The translations under genes and the position numbers were made by a program. Shown here piece by piece: positions 38,568-48,889 of a DNA stretch of 64,000 nucleotides (its first letter is position 1; each line of letters opens with the position of its first letter). The stretch spans positions 1 through 64,000 of the IMG/VR virus record IMGVR_UViG_3300017917_002814, one strand, 5' to 3'. Below the pieces are notes generated by a model. It was not told where the DNA came from, did no database searches, and worked only from the letters and a program-made list of their open reading frames with translations. Source of the stretch: a virus.

Positions 38568-39530
38568 ATGTCATACGCACAAGGCGATTTAATTGAAGCT
38601 ACTGATTACAATAACATAATTGGAGCCAATACCAGTTCAAATACCAGCACTTTTCATGCAGTGTGGGCATGGGGCAACGGTAGTAGAGGATATGGCCAAA
38701 CTCCAATTAGCAATGTGTCTGTTGCAGGAACAGTAACAGCAACACAATGGGCCACATTGGTCAACAACATCAACAGCGCAAACTTGCATGTTAGAAACAC
38801 CAGTTCGGGACTGACAGCTAACACAGCCGGCCAAACAATTGGATTCAGTGGTGGATTGCCTGTTGCTATTACTAGACTAAATCAAGATAGATTGTTGTTT
38901 GCAACTAACTCGGCTGTGATTGCTAACCAAAATTCTCTAACAGCTTATGGTGCATGGTCTGTTGCCTCAACCACCGTTACTCAAACAAGAGCATTTGGTG
39001 CTACTGTAACATTTGCTAGTCCAGACCGAGCAAGATTTTTCTTCAATGCCGGCGGTCGATTAAAATTTAATTGCAGTGCTGTCAACAATGCAGGTGCCAA
39101 CTCGAGGTCAGCTGCTGCTGCTGCATTATTTGGATATTTAGGTGGCGTTGCAACATTTGGTGCAAACACCAACGGAGGCAGAACTGGTACTGGCGGAACC
39201 TTAGGCACAAATGATACCGCCAAAGGGTATTGGAATGCAACCACTGGTAATATTACTTTGGTTTCTGTAACTAGTACCACTACCAATTATACCACAGATA
39301 CAGCGTCAATTACTTACACCACAAACGGTACAGTTGGTAGTCACAATGATAACGGTACAGTGTTGAGTTTTTATGCAGTTATCAATTCAACTTCTGGTGG
39401 CAACGCCGGCGGTAGTTTTGATGACAGCATTAATATTACCCCTACTGTCACTGTTGATGTTTCCTACCCCGAAACCACAAATTTGAGTAATACCTGGGGT
39501 GCTGTTACTGTAGCTCGTATAGGTTCTTAA
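38568..39530 (+). CDS. Virion structural protein (T/S/G/N-rich)
   Basis: YAQGDLIEATDYN, GYGQ, VTATQW, ARFFFNAGG motifs; last gene of the tail module. Confidence 0.6.
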   Translation: MSYAQGDLIEATDYNNIIGANTSSNTSTFHAVWAWGNGSRGYGQTPISNVSVAGTVTATQWATLVNNINSANLHVRNTSSGLTANTAGQTIGFSGGLPVAITRLNQDRLLFATNSAVIANQNSLTAYGAWSVASTTVTQTRAFGATVTFASPDRARFFFNAGGRLKFNCSAVNNAGANSRSAAAAALFGYLGGVATFGANTNGGRTGTGGTLGTNDTAKGYWNATTGNITLVSVTSTTTNYTTDTASITYTTNGTVGSHNDNGTVLSFYAVINSTSGGNAGGSFDDSINITPTVTVDVSYPETTNLSNTWGAVTVARIGS

Positions 39531-39548
39531 AATACTTTACATTCTTGT

Positions 39549-39579
39549 ACTGGTTAGTGTATAATTTACGCTAACCAGT
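39549..39579 (+). terminator. Hairpin at the end of the tail module, overlapping a sigma70-like promoter (TTTACA 39536-41, TATAAT 39560-65)
   Basis: ACTGGTTAG-TGTA-taatt-TACG-CTAACCAGT stem, followed by a weakly T-rich tract. Confidence 0.45.
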
Positions 39580-39594
39580 TTCTACATTTATAAT

Positions 39595-39909
39595 ATGAAC
39601 GAAATCGAATCTTTAGTTAAAGAAATTCGCCAGGCGACGGATTTTCAAATCAATCGACGAATTTTACGAGAAAAAATTCAAACAGATTTACACATGACAC
39701 ATAACGGGGGAATGTTTAAAATTACACCAGAACTTTTAGCATTCGTAAAAACATGGCCTGTTGATGAAATTTATTTAGAGGACACTTATCAGAATCCAGT
39801 GTGTATAGATAAACAAACTTTCCTGGTAACAGCACAACAACACTATCAAACAGTAATGAATCGTTGGCATCAAGAATATGAAAACCTCAAAAAAATTAGA
39901 AAAATCTAG
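39595..39909 (+). CDS. Hypothetical protein
   Basis: 104-aa ORF heading the overlapping gene run. Confidence 0.6.
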   Translation: MNEIESLVKEIRQATDFQINRRILREKIQTDLHMTHNGGMFKITPELLAFVKTWPVDEIYLEDTYQNPVCIDKQTFLVTAQQHYQTVMNRWHQEYENLKKIRKI

Positions 39910-40666
39910 AGGTATACTGGCGTTTGCTTACAATGTAGAATCAATTGATTACATTGCGATAGCAGCAAGCACATTAAAATTAGCAAGCGAAAAATTATCA
40001 TTACCTTACAGACTAATTACTGACGCAGAGCTAAAGAACGATGTATTTAATTCAAGATACGACATTGATTCAGACTCATTTATTACATGGCGAAATGTTG
40101 GTAGACATCATGCATATGAACTTTCACCTTTTGATGAAACCTTGGTCATTGACGTAGATTATCTTGTTGTCGACAACAATCTGAATAAAATTTTTGATTC
40201 AGATTGGGATTATTTGTTGCAGCGAAAAAGTTATGCATTGACGGCAGAGTGGTCAAAATTGATGGGTGCAACCAGTTTGCCTTACGTGTGGGCCACAGTA
40301 TTTGCTTTTAGAAAAACATCTCGTGCTCGACTTTACTTTGATTTAATTGGTCGCATACAAAGAAATTATGCATATTATTGCGCTCTGTTTAATGTTCAAG
40401 AACGTAATTTTAGAAATGATTATGCATTTGCTATGGCAGATGTTATCTTAAATGGTTATTCCTTGGCAAGCCAATCAATACCAGAAAACATGTTGGCTAT
40501 AAATCAACCTATTATGGATATTGATGTTGACGGTAATAAATTTGTTATTAGAGACAAAGACCAAGCATACGTCCTACCAAAAATGAATTTACATGTGATG
40601 AGTAAAAAATATTTACAGAGTGACAGATTTAAAAAATTAGTAAACCAACTAACCGATGAATCATAA
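39878..40666 (+). CDS. Glycosyltransferase-like protein (GT-A, DxD)
   Basis: AYELSPFDETLVIDVDYL DxD motif; RNDYAF; paralog of the next gene. Confidence 0.55.
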   Translation: MKTSKKLEKSRGILAFAYNVESIDYIAIAASTLKLASEKLSLPYRLITDAELKNDVFNSRYDIDSDSFITWRNVGRHHAYELSPFDETLVIDVDYLVVDNNLNKIFDSDWDYLLQRKSYALTAEWSKLMGATSLPYVWATVFAFRKTSRARLYFDLIGRIQRNYAYYCALFNVQERNFRNDYAFAMADVILNGYSLASQSIPENMLAINQPIMDIDVDGNKFVIRDKDQAYVLPKMNLHVMSKKYLQSDRFKKLVNQLTDES

Positions 40667-41492
40667 AGAACAACAAGGGTTTTTGACTGTGGCAATAAAT
40701 TCAGATAGTGTTGATTATCTTGAATTAGCCTATACACAGGCACTAAATGTCAAATGTACCCAAAAAATAAAAAGTTTTGCTGTTGTAGTAGACAAACACA
40801 CCCACAACTGTGTTAAAGACAAACACAGGGCAGTGTTTGATTATATAATTCAAGTACCTGAATCGACAACAGGACCATATGGCATAGAGCCTGAAGTATT
40901 TTGGTTGACTCCGTTCAAAGAAACTGTAAAATTAGAAAGTGACCTATTGTTTACTAGAAGTATTGATCATTGGTGGAACACTTTTAGATTACGAGATATT
41001 GTATTGAGCACAGGCTGTAGAAACTATCAACAAGAACTTTCGTTAGTAAGAAAATATAGAAAATTTTTTGATGACAATGATTTACCTGATGTGTATAATG
41101 GACTGATGTATTTTAGATTTACAAAAACAGCACGAGATTTTTTTACAACCGCAAAAAATATCTATGCCAATTGGACCACAGTGGGCGACATCCTTTTGAA
41201 TTGTAGGGATGATATTCCTACCACTGATGTGGTGTATGCAATTGCTGCACGGCTTGTTGGCCAAGAACAATGCACCTTACCCAGCGCAGATTTTGTAAAC
41301 TTTGTGCATTTAAAACCAGCAATCAACAGATTTGATGAAGACCTTGCAGTTAGAGAAGTATTTGTGACAGAATTTGATCAAGGTATGATTAGAATCAATA
41401 ATATAAATCAATATCATCCTTTGCATTATTACGATAAAACGTTTGTTACTAAAGAAATGATAGAATATTATGAACAAAGATCTATGGCTTGA
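40656..41492 (+). CDS. Glycosyltransferase-like protein (GT8-like)
   Basis: LTPFKETVKLESDLL, YNGLMYF, TTDVVYA, FVHLK, HYYDK. Confidence 0.5.
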   Translation: MNHKEQQGFLTVAINSDSVDYLELAYTQALNVKCTQKIKSFAVVVDKHTHNCVKDKHRAVFDYIIQVPESTTGPYGIEPEVFWLTPFKETVKLESDLLFTRSIDHWWNTFRLRDIVLSTGCRNYQQELSLVRKYRKFFDDNDLPDVYNGLMYFRFTKTARDFFTTAKNIYANWTTVGDILLNCRDDIPTTDVVYAIAARLVGQEQCTLPSADFVNFVHLKPAINRFDEDLAVREVFVTEFDQGMIRINNINQYHPLHYYDKTFVTKEMIEYYEQRSMA

Positions 41493-41841
41493 AGTAGCGA
41501 GACTGGTTGCCGAGCATGATGCACAACGGCCAATTGTGACCAAAGAATACAGATTATATTACAACGATGATGGTTCTATAATAGGATTATGGGAATCAAG
41601 CCATCCTGAAGGACACAATTATGTTGTACTTGATGATCCAGGAATATATTTTCACACAAATACGCATCTGTTAAAGGTAGTCAAAAACAAATTGGTAGTG
41701 CTAGATCCAAGAGAACCTAGTAGAGCAAGGCTTCAAAAATCAAATTCTGGTTTTATAACAGTAAAAGGTCACGCGGCTTTAATTGTTGAATCAAAAGAAA
41801 ATTACGGATTAATAGAGTACTATGACAAAACAAATTATTGA
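41470..41841 (+). CDS. Hypothetical protein
   Basis: 123-aa ORF overlapping both neighbours (EYRLYYNDDG). Confidence 0.6.
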   Translation: MNKDLWLEVARLVAEHDAQRPIVTKEYRLYYNDDGSIIGLWESSHPEGHNYVVLDDPGIYFHTNTHLLKVVKNKLVVLDPREPSRARLQKSNSGFITVKGHAALIVESKENYGLIEYYDKTNY

Positions 41842-42751
41842 TATAGCAGATTTAGATTGCATTTTTTTAACCTATGACGAACCTAAAAAAGAAGAGTTTT
41901 GGATCCAGATTCAAAACATGGTGCCGTGGGCAAAGAGAGTTGATGGAGTTAAAGGGTCTGATGCAGCGCATAAAGCAGCCGCAGCCGCCAGCGACACAGA
42001 CCGTTTCGTACTTATTGATGGAGACAATATTCCGGACCCAGAATTTTTCAACTTACAATTATCGTTGGATGAAAGAAATCATGACCACGTTTTTAGGTGG
42101 AGAGCACGTAATGTTATCAACGGACTCCGTTATGGTAACGGTGGTGTAAGTTGTTGGACTCAAGATTTTGTCAACAACATGCGTACTCACGAGGCCAGTG
42201 ATGGCAGTGAGGAAACTGCGGTAGAATTTTGTTTTAATCCAAAATACACAGCAATGCATAATTGTTACAGTACAACCTATCCCAATGGTAGCGCCAAACA
42301 GGCTTGGCGTGCAGGGTTCAGAGAAGGTGTAAAAATGTGTCTGGATAGAGGACATAAACCTTCGCTGCTGGAATTTGAAGAAGGTGTGAACAAAAGAAAT
42401 TACGATCATTTATGCATCTGGCAAAGTGTGGGCGCGGATATAGATAATGGTTATTGGGCTATGTATGGTGCTAGACTAGGAACCTATATGATAATGCTAG
42501 AGGGATGGGATTACCGTCAGGTGCAGGACTTTGATATGCTAGAAAGATTGTGGGAAAGTTTTAGTAAGGAAGATCCTGAAGAGGGTTGTAAAGGCATTGA
42601 AAGCGCACTCAGAAATAGATTGGGTTTGCCTATAGTTACATATACGCCAGAACAAAGCCGTTTCTTCAAATATCATTATACAACAGGGCAACGTAACAGC
42701 GAAATTATGATGACGGAAATTGATGTAATACGGAGAATAGAAGGATGGTAA
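41822..42751 (+). CDS. Glycosyltransferase-like protein (GT2-like fold)
   Basis: FLTYDEP, RVDGVKGSDAAH, VLIDGDN (DxD), YGNGG, QAWRAGFREGVK. Confidence 0.5.
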   Translation: MTKQIIDIADLDCIFLTYDEPKKEEFWIQIQNMVPWAKRVDGVKGSDAAHKAAAAASDTDRFVLIDGDNIPDPEFFNLQLSLDERNHDHVFRWRARNVINGLRYGNGGVSCWTQDFVNNMRTHEASDGSEETAVEFCFNPKYTAMHNCYSTTYPNGSAKQAWRAGFREGVKMCLDRGHKPSLLEFEEGVNKRNYDHLCIWQSVGADIDNGYWAMYGARLGTYMIMLEGWDYRQVQDFDMLERLWESFSKEDPEEGCKGIESALRNRLGLPIVTYTPEQSRFFKYHYTTGQRNSEIMMTEIDVIRRIEGW

Positions 42752-43512
42752 TCGGAATTATAGGGTTTGGTGTAGTAGGAAAAGCTGTTTCGGCAGGACT
42801 ATCAAGTATAGGTAATATCTTATGTCATTATGATATCAACGACAATTCAAATTTAAATTCGGTAATAAAAAGTGATTTGGTTTTTATTTGCACGCCTACA
42901 GACACAACCATTGAAGGTAAATGCAATATTAGCTCAGTAGAAACAGTTGTTCAAGAGTTAAACGATAAAAATTTTACAGGAGTAATTGCTATAAAATCTA
43001 CTGTTATTCCTGGCACTACAGATAGACTTATTCAACAATATCCTGAGCTTAAAATTTGTTGTGTACCAGAATTTTTAAGAGCAAAAAGTGCTGCTGATGA
43101 CTTTTTCATGAATCATGATGTGTTAGTAGTAGGGTCGCACAATAAAAAATATAGTGATCTAGTAATTAAAGCACATGGTGCAATACCAAAATCAATATCT
43201 GTCGTTTCTCCGGTTGAAGCTGAGATTGTAAAATATTTTAATAATGTTCATAATGCTCTAGAAGTTGTATTTGCGAATGTGTTTTCTGAAATTTGTACTA
43301 AGGTCGGAGCAGACTATCAAAATGTTTTTAACGCCATAATTCAACGAAATAACATAAATGAGAAATATTTAAAATGCGATAAAAATTATAAAGGATATAA
43401 CGGCCATTGTTTACCAAAAGATACAATAGCATGGTATTATTTTACTAAAAATCTTGGCATTGACATAAATTTATTTCAATCAATTTTACAAGACAACGAA
43501 AGATATATATGA
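42745..43512 (+). CDS. ugd: UDP-glucose/GDP-mannose dehydrogenase family protein, short form
   Basis: GFGVVG, ICTPT, KSTVIPGT, PEFLR, AEIVKYFNN, GYNGHCLPKD. Confidence 0.85.
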   Translation: MVIGIIGFGVVGKAVSAGLSSIGNILCHYDINDNSNLNSVIKSDLVFICTPTDTTIEGKCNISSVETVVQELNDKNFTGVIAIKSTVIPGTTDRLIQQYPELKICCVPEFLRAKSAADDFFMNHDVLVVGSHNKKYSDLVIKAHGAIPKSISVVSPVEAEIVKYFNNVHNALEVVFANVFSEICTKVGADYQNVFNAIIQRNNINEKYLKCDKNYKGYNGHCLPKDTIAWYYFTKNLGIDINLFQSILQDNERYI

Positions 43513-44471
43513 AAATTATAGTAACAGGAAGCGAAGGCAGTTTAATGCAAGCATTAATACCTAGATTATTACATTCTGGTCATAGCATAGTTGGCATAGA
43601 TAATCTTTATAGGTATGGTAAACCAAGTGATCGTGCCGGAAAAGATTATGAATTTATAAATCAAGACCTGATAGATAGAGATAAAATTTTTAATATTACA
43701 AAAGGTGCAGACACGATTATACACAGTGCAGCTAAATTATATGGTGTGTTGGGATTACTAAATTATCGAGCCGATATACTAGGTGACGACACCGCTATTT
43801 GTAGTAATATAATGCAAGCCTGCGTTACTAACGATATATCACGTGTTGTATACATGAGTTCTAGCATGGTGTATGACAGTTGTATTCAAGACATCAACGT
43901 TCCATTATCTGAAACAATGACAGATACGTGTCCTTTGCCTAAAACAGATTATGGGTTGAGTAAACTAGTATGCGAAAGAATGATTGAATCCTTTAGGCAA
44001 CAATACGGTATAGAGTATACAATTTGGCGACCTTTCAATATTGTAAGTCCCCATGAGGAGCCAATGACAGAAATTGGATTTAGTCATGTATTACCTGATT
44101 TAATTAAAAACATAACTAAGAAACAACTTAATCCTTTGCCAATAATTGGGAACGGTGAACAAATTCGTTGTTTTACTTGGATCGACGATGTAGTTGATAT
44201 TATAGAAAAATATAGTTTTTCTGAAGCCACAAAAAATGAAACCTTTAATGTTTGTAATGTTGAACCAATTAAAATAAAAGATTTGGCTCAATTAATACAC
44301 GAAACATTTACACAAAAAAACGACAAACTAGAATTTACTACATCAATTGATTATGTACATGATGTTAAAATACGTATTCCTACTATTCAAAAACTTCTAG
44401 ATATTACAGGGCCCTACCGGTTTACTAAAACAAAAGAAAGTGTTCATAGATGCTTGCAACATCAACAGTAG
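43509..44471 (+). CDS. NAD-dependent nucleotide-sugar epimerase/dehydratase
   Basis: VTGSEG, HSAA, SSSMVY, YGLSK, RPFN, GNGEQIRCFTWIDD. Confidence 0.85.
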   Translation: MKIIVTGSEGSLMQALIPRLLHSGHSIVGIDNLYRYGKPSDRAGKDYEFINQDLIDRDKIFNITKGADTIIHSAAKLYGVLGLLNYRADILGDDTAICSNIMQACVTNDISRVVYMSSSMVYDSCIQDINVPLSETMTDTCPLPKTDYGLSKLVCERMIESFRQQYGIEYTIWRPFNIVSPHEEPMTEIGFSHVLPDLIKNITKKQLNPLPIIGNGEQIRCFTWIDDVVDIIEKYSFSEATKNETFNVCNVEPIKIKDLAQLIHETFTQKNDKLEFTTSIDYVHDVKIRIPTIQKLLDITGPYRFTKTKESVHRCLQHQQ

Positions 44472-45451
44472 TTATTGAAAATAACAATAAAAAAATTTGG
44501 CATCGTGATAAAGTTATAAACGAAATAATTTTAGCGATCCATAAAAAAGCTGATAAAATAATAGTACATCTTAATAACGAAGGCCCGTGTGCTGAAAGTT
44601 TAGGACTGTATAGTCTCTTAGATAGTATTTGTCAAAATTTTAATTATGATCCTAAGAATATTTCTATTGTTACCTGCAATCTATTAGAAAAAAATGATAA
44701 TTATAATATTGTCATTAATCCTCCAATTAAACATATTGATGTTTTACAAAAAAGACTTATCAAAGAACCGGCAGGATACAAAACTGTAGACAACAACACT
44801 AAACACTTTGGCCATTTTATCGGGCATGGTAATGTCCATAGATTACACGTTGGAAGTATTTTATACAAAAAATACCATAACAAGACAGTACAAACATACC
44901 ACTGTAATATTAAGGATTCGTATCACAGAGAATTTTTGGCGATAGAAGACATAATGTTTGGAAATTACAGTCAAGATGAAATAGATTGTGCTGTTGAATT
45001 TTTAAGAACTACTCCGATAAAATTTGATTTAGATATAGTTGATAGTTATCCTATAAGAGATTACAAGATGTATGATATATCTTTAGCTTATCCATCTATA
45101 TTTGTTGACATTGTAGCACACACTTTCTATTCAGGTAACACTTTTTATTTAGATGAAAAGTTATGGCGGCCTATAATCACAAAAACACCTTTTATAGTTC
45201 AAGGATCTCAGAACTTTATGCACAATCTAAAAAAATTAGGATTTCAAACTTTTGATAGATGGTGGAGCGAAGGATATAGTGAAGACCACGAAGATCACCA
45301 ACCTCGAGAAATTTTATCAATTATCGAGGATTTGTCAAAATTATCTGTAACAGATCTCAGTACAATGTACAAGGAAATGAAACCAGTATTGGATCATAAT
45401 TATAATACGTTTTTAAAGTTAAACAGTGCAAGCTTTGAGGTATTTAAATGA
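44450..45451 (+). CDS. Putative glycosyltransferase (GT10-like C-terminus), paralog family member 1
   Basis: FYLDEKLWRPIITKTPFIVQG...LKKLGFQTFDRWWSEGY...VLDHN. Confidence 0.45.
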   Translation: MLATSTVVIENNNKKIWHRDKVINEIILAIHKKADKIIVHLNNEGPCAESLGLYSLLDSICQNFNYDPKNISIVTCNLLEKNDNYNIVINPPIKHIDVLQKRLIKEPAGYKTVDNNTKHFGHFIGHGNVHRLHVGSILYKKYHNKTVQTYHCNIKDSYHREFLAIEDIMFGNYSQDEIDCAVEFLRTTPIKFDLDIVDSYPIRDYKMYDISLAYPSIFVDIVAHTFYSGNTFYLDEKLWRPIITKTPFIVQGSQNFMHNLKKLGFQTFDRWWSEGYSEDHEDHQPREILSIIEDLSKLSVTDLSTMYKEMKPVLDHNYNTFLKLNSASFEVFK

Positions 45452-46158
45452 CGCAATTTGTTTATGCGGGAGACAGTTGGGCTTTAAAAGGATTTACTAA
45501 CGATAATTATAACATTGGAAATAATAATCCAATGGCCAATGATGTTAGAATGGCAGATCATTGGGAACTACCTTATACATATTGCTTGACACCGGGCAAA
45601 GGAAATTTGAGTATTTTAGATAAACTCTTAAGAATGAATATTCATGATAATATTCCTATTGTTTGGATTTATACCGAACCAGGTAGAGACTTTGGATATA
45701 TAACCGGGAAAGATGAGTTTGACTGGATAACAAGTGAAGACATTTTTTCTATTAGAAAAGAACTAGATGTTTATATAGTAAATGAAATTAAGAAAAAAAT
45801 TCGTAATCCTATAGCTTTCATTGGGGGACTAAGTGACATTAATATAGAATTAATGCAACAAAATGAGTTTAAAGTATTACACCCAAGTTGGCAACAATGG
45901 ATGGCAGAATATTTAAATAGGACAGAATATTTTAATTTTGGATGGGGAGCTTGCGACATTGGTTGGCGAGCCGATTACAACAATGTTACACCTAGTAAAA
46001 CTGCTTTGTTTGCCTGGGACGAGTTAATCAAAGAATGGTGTATGTGGGAAGACCTGGGTTTTATGTGTCATGAACATCCTACACCTTTATCAAACAAGTT
46101 ATTTGCAGACTACTTGCAGCAAGATGTTTATAATTGGATAGATAGTGTCAAAAAGTAA
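45448..46158 (+). CDS. SGNH/GDSL hydrolase-like protein
   Basis: N-terminal AGDSW and C-terminal HEHP. Confidence 0.5.
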   Translation: MTQFVYAGDSWALKGFTNDNYNIGNNNPMANDVRMADHWELPYTYCLTPGKGNLSILDKLLRMNIHDNIPIVWIYTEPGRDFGYITGKDEFDWITSEDIFSIRKELDVYIVNEIKKKIRNPIAFIGGLSDINIELMQQNEFKVLHPSWQQWMAEYLNRTEYFNFGWGACDIGWRADYNNVTPSKTALFAWDELIKEWCMWEDLGFMCHEHPTPLSNKLFADYLQQDVYNWIDSVKK

Positions 46159-47527
46159 ATTTTTATCATCGGCAGAAGAAATGAAGGACCAATTAGGTCC
46201 TAGTCTCTGCTTGGCTAAGTGGCAACAAGTTAGTTTACATCTTCCTACAGGATTAACTAATAGTTGCTATCATCCTCCTTTGCATGAAATAGATGCCACA
46301 TTGTTAAAAGACAATCCTAGTGCGCTACATAATACATCTTACAAAAAAGAACAACGCAAGATCATGTTACGTAACGAGCGCCCGCAGGAATGTAGCTATT
46401 GTTGGACACAAGAAGATTTAGGAAATCTAAGTGACAGACATTACAGATCAGGTGAACCGTGGGCAGCAGAACATTTTGAAACCATTATGAATTCAACAGG
46501 TGATGAGGATCCTGTTCCTTCTTATGTGGAAGTCAATTTTAATCATGCTTGTAATCTCACGTGCTCCTATTGTAGTCCCCAGTTTAGTAGTAGTTGGGAT
46601 GATGAAGTTAGACGATTTGGCGGATATCCCACCAGTACTACTCATAATGATCCTTCCCATTTTGTTGGCCGAAGACGTCCTATACCTCATAGAGAACATA
46701 ACCCATTTGTGGAAGCTTTCTGGGAGTGGTGGCCAAGTTTATATCCAAAACTAAAACACTTTAGAATGACCGGTGGTGAGCCGCTGATGGATCGCAACAC
46801 CTATCGTGTGTTTGATTATGTGCTGGCATTTCCTAAGCCAGATCTACATATTGATGTAACCAGTAACTTTAGCGTAGAAGAAAAGTTATGGCAGCAATAT
46901 TTTGGTTATGTGAGTCAACTGTGTAATACAAACATTGAACACTTTATGCAATATGTCAGTTTAGATTCTGGCATAGCCAAGCATGCCGAATATATCAGAC
47001 ATGGCATGGAATTTAACAAGGTATTAGCGAGGGTTGAATTTTTCTTAAGACATATACCTAACCGCAATAGCCTAACATTTATCATAACGATGAATAATCT
47101 AAGTGTGCTAGGTCTTAAACAACAATTGGAAATTGTGCTGGCCTTACGTAGATATCATAGCACTACATACCAGCGGGTTTGGTTTGATACACCAATACTA
47201 AGACAACCCACTTGGCAAAGCTTACAAATATTGCCACCTGTATATGCCAGACGCTTGCAGGATGTCGTGGATTGGATGAAGGAAAACCTAGAGACAACGG
47301 ATCGTCCATTTCAAGGCTTCAAAGATTACGAAGTGCAACGTATGCAACGAGTATTAGATTGGATGCAAGAAGGTAGCAAATTAGATAGAGAATATGTTAT
47401 AATGCAACGTGCAGACTTTTACAGATTCTTCAATGAGCACGATAAACGTAGAGGAACCTGGTTTGCAAATACTTTTCCTGAAATGAAAGAGTTTTGGGAC
47501 GAATGCCGATATCATGCCCAAAATTAA
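46145..47527 (+). CDS. Radical SAM protein with N-terminal twitch-like domain
   Basis: CLAKW...SCYHP...ECSYCW; CNLTCSYC; TGGEP. Confidence 0.85.
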   Translation: MSKSKFLSSAEEMKDQLGPSLCLAKWQQVSLHLPTGLTNSCYHPPLHEIDATLLKDNPSALHNTSYKKEQRKIMLRNERPQECSYCWTQEDLGNLSDRHYRSGEPWAAEHFETIMNSTGDEDPVPSYVEVNFNHACNLTCSYCSPQFSSSWDDEVRRFGGYPTSTTHNDPSHFVGRRRPIPHREHNPFVEAFWEWWPSLYPKLKHFRMTGGEPLMDRNTYRVFDYVLAFPKPDLHIDVTSNFSVEEKLWQQYFGYVSQLCNTNIEHFMQYVSLDSGIAKHAEYIRHGMEFNKVLARVEFFLRHIPNRNSLTFIITMNNLSVLGLKQQLEIVLALRRYHSTTYQRVWFDTPILRQPTWQSLQILPPVYARRLQDVVDWMKENLETTDRPFQGFKDYEVQRMQRVLDWMQEGSKLDREYVIMQRADFYRFFNEHDKRRGTWFANTFPEMKEFWDECRYHAQN

Positions 47528-48884
47528 CAACGAGACAGACTTAGAATATAGACGCAGAGTAATCGACATCAAGTCAGAATCATTCTGTGGAGCCAAGTGG
47601 TACAATGCAACTATTTGGTTAGGTAGTGGAATGACCACTAGTTGCCATCATCCTTTACCACACAAAGTTAGTATTGAAGAGGTACAAGACAATCCTCGAG
47701 CATTACATAACACACCTAAAAAGAAGTCAGAACGTTTAATGATGCAAACAGGCGAAAGACCGTTGGGGTGCGAGTATTGTTGGAAGATTGAAGATATAGG
47801 TCGTGATAATATAAGCGATCGTGTTTACAAAACAGTAATTTATTCAGACGAGGATCTAAATCATGCATACAACTCAGACCCTAGCGAAGACATCAATCTT
47901 CGAACTCTTGAAATCAGTTTTGATCGTACTTGTCAGTTTGCTTGCAGTTATTGTAACCCTGCATTCAGTAGTACTTGGGTCAAAGACATCAATAACAATG
48001 GACCCTACACTGGGTTGGTGTCTGATGGCAGGAATCATTTTACTCATAGCCATGACAGTGCGCAGCTTTTTAAATTTGGTGAAAATAACCCATACGTCGA
48101 AGCCTTCTTCAAGTGGTGGGAAACGGACCTCCACAAAACCCTAGACGAATTGCGTATAACCGGAGGTGAACCGTTGATGTCAGGATATACTTGGCAATTG
48201 CTTGATTGGTTCAAAAAAAACAAAGGTCGGAGTAAAACAAGACTCGCAATCAACAGTAACTTAGGAACTCAAGTTGATATCAATCGCTTATTTGACAGTG
48301 TGGATGCACCCATTGACTTATACACTAGTAACGAATCTATCAAAAGTCATGCAGAATATATTAGAGACGGATTGGTTTGGGACGATTGGATTAGTAGTGT
48401 AGAACTCATATGTGACAACTTTGCCAATAATAAATTGAGAGGACTGCACATAATGTGTACTATAAATGCGTTATGTTTAGAAAGTTTAGTGGAATTTTTA
48501 GATCGTATAATGCAATGGAAAATGCAATACGGTAGAGATTATCCTAGCTTTACGTTAAATATATTAAGATTTCCCAGTTTCCAGAGCCCTTTAGTATTAC
48601 CCAATGAAACAAGAACAATACATAAAAATAGTTTAGAATCCTGGCTTGCTGCCAACAATAATAAATGTCTACATCAACACGAAGTAAATCATATACAAAG
48701 ATTGATTGATTATTTAGATGTAGTAAAAACTCCCCATGTTGATGCTGCGGAGCAATCTGTTTTGCAAAAAGATTTTAAAAAATTTTACATGCAATACGAT
48801 CAGCGACGTAAAAAAAACTTTCAACAAACATTTCCAAATTTAAAAAATTGGTATGATAAAATACAAGGATTACATATAAAGTAA
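47514..48884 (+). CDS. Radical SAM protein with N-terminal twitch-like domain
   Basis: CGAKW...SCHHP...GCEYCW; CQFACSYC; TGGEP; close paralog of 46145-47527. Confidence 0.85.
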   Translation: MPKINNETDLEYRRRVIDIKSESFCGAKWYNATIWLGSGMTTSCHHPLPHKVSIEEVQDNPRALHNTPKKKSERLMMQTGERPLGCEYCWKIEDIGRDNISDRVYKTVIYSDEDLNHAYNSDPSEDINLRTLEISFDRTCQFACSYCNPAFSSTWVKDINNNGPYTGLVSDGRNHFTHSHDSAQLFKFGENNPYVEAFFKWWETDLHKTLDELRITGGEPLMSGYTWQLLDWFKKNKGRSKTRLAINSNLGTQVDINRLFDSVDAPIDLYTSNESIKSHAEYIRDGLVWDDWISSVELICDNFANNKLRGLHIMCTINALCLESLVEFLDRIMQWKMQYGRDYPSFTLNILRFPSFQSPLVLPNETRTIHKNSLESWLAANNNKCLHQHEVNHIQRLIDYLDVVKTPHVDAAEQSVLQKDFKKFYMQYDQRRKKNFQQTFPNLKNWYDKIQGLHIK

Positions 48885-48889
48885 ATGAC

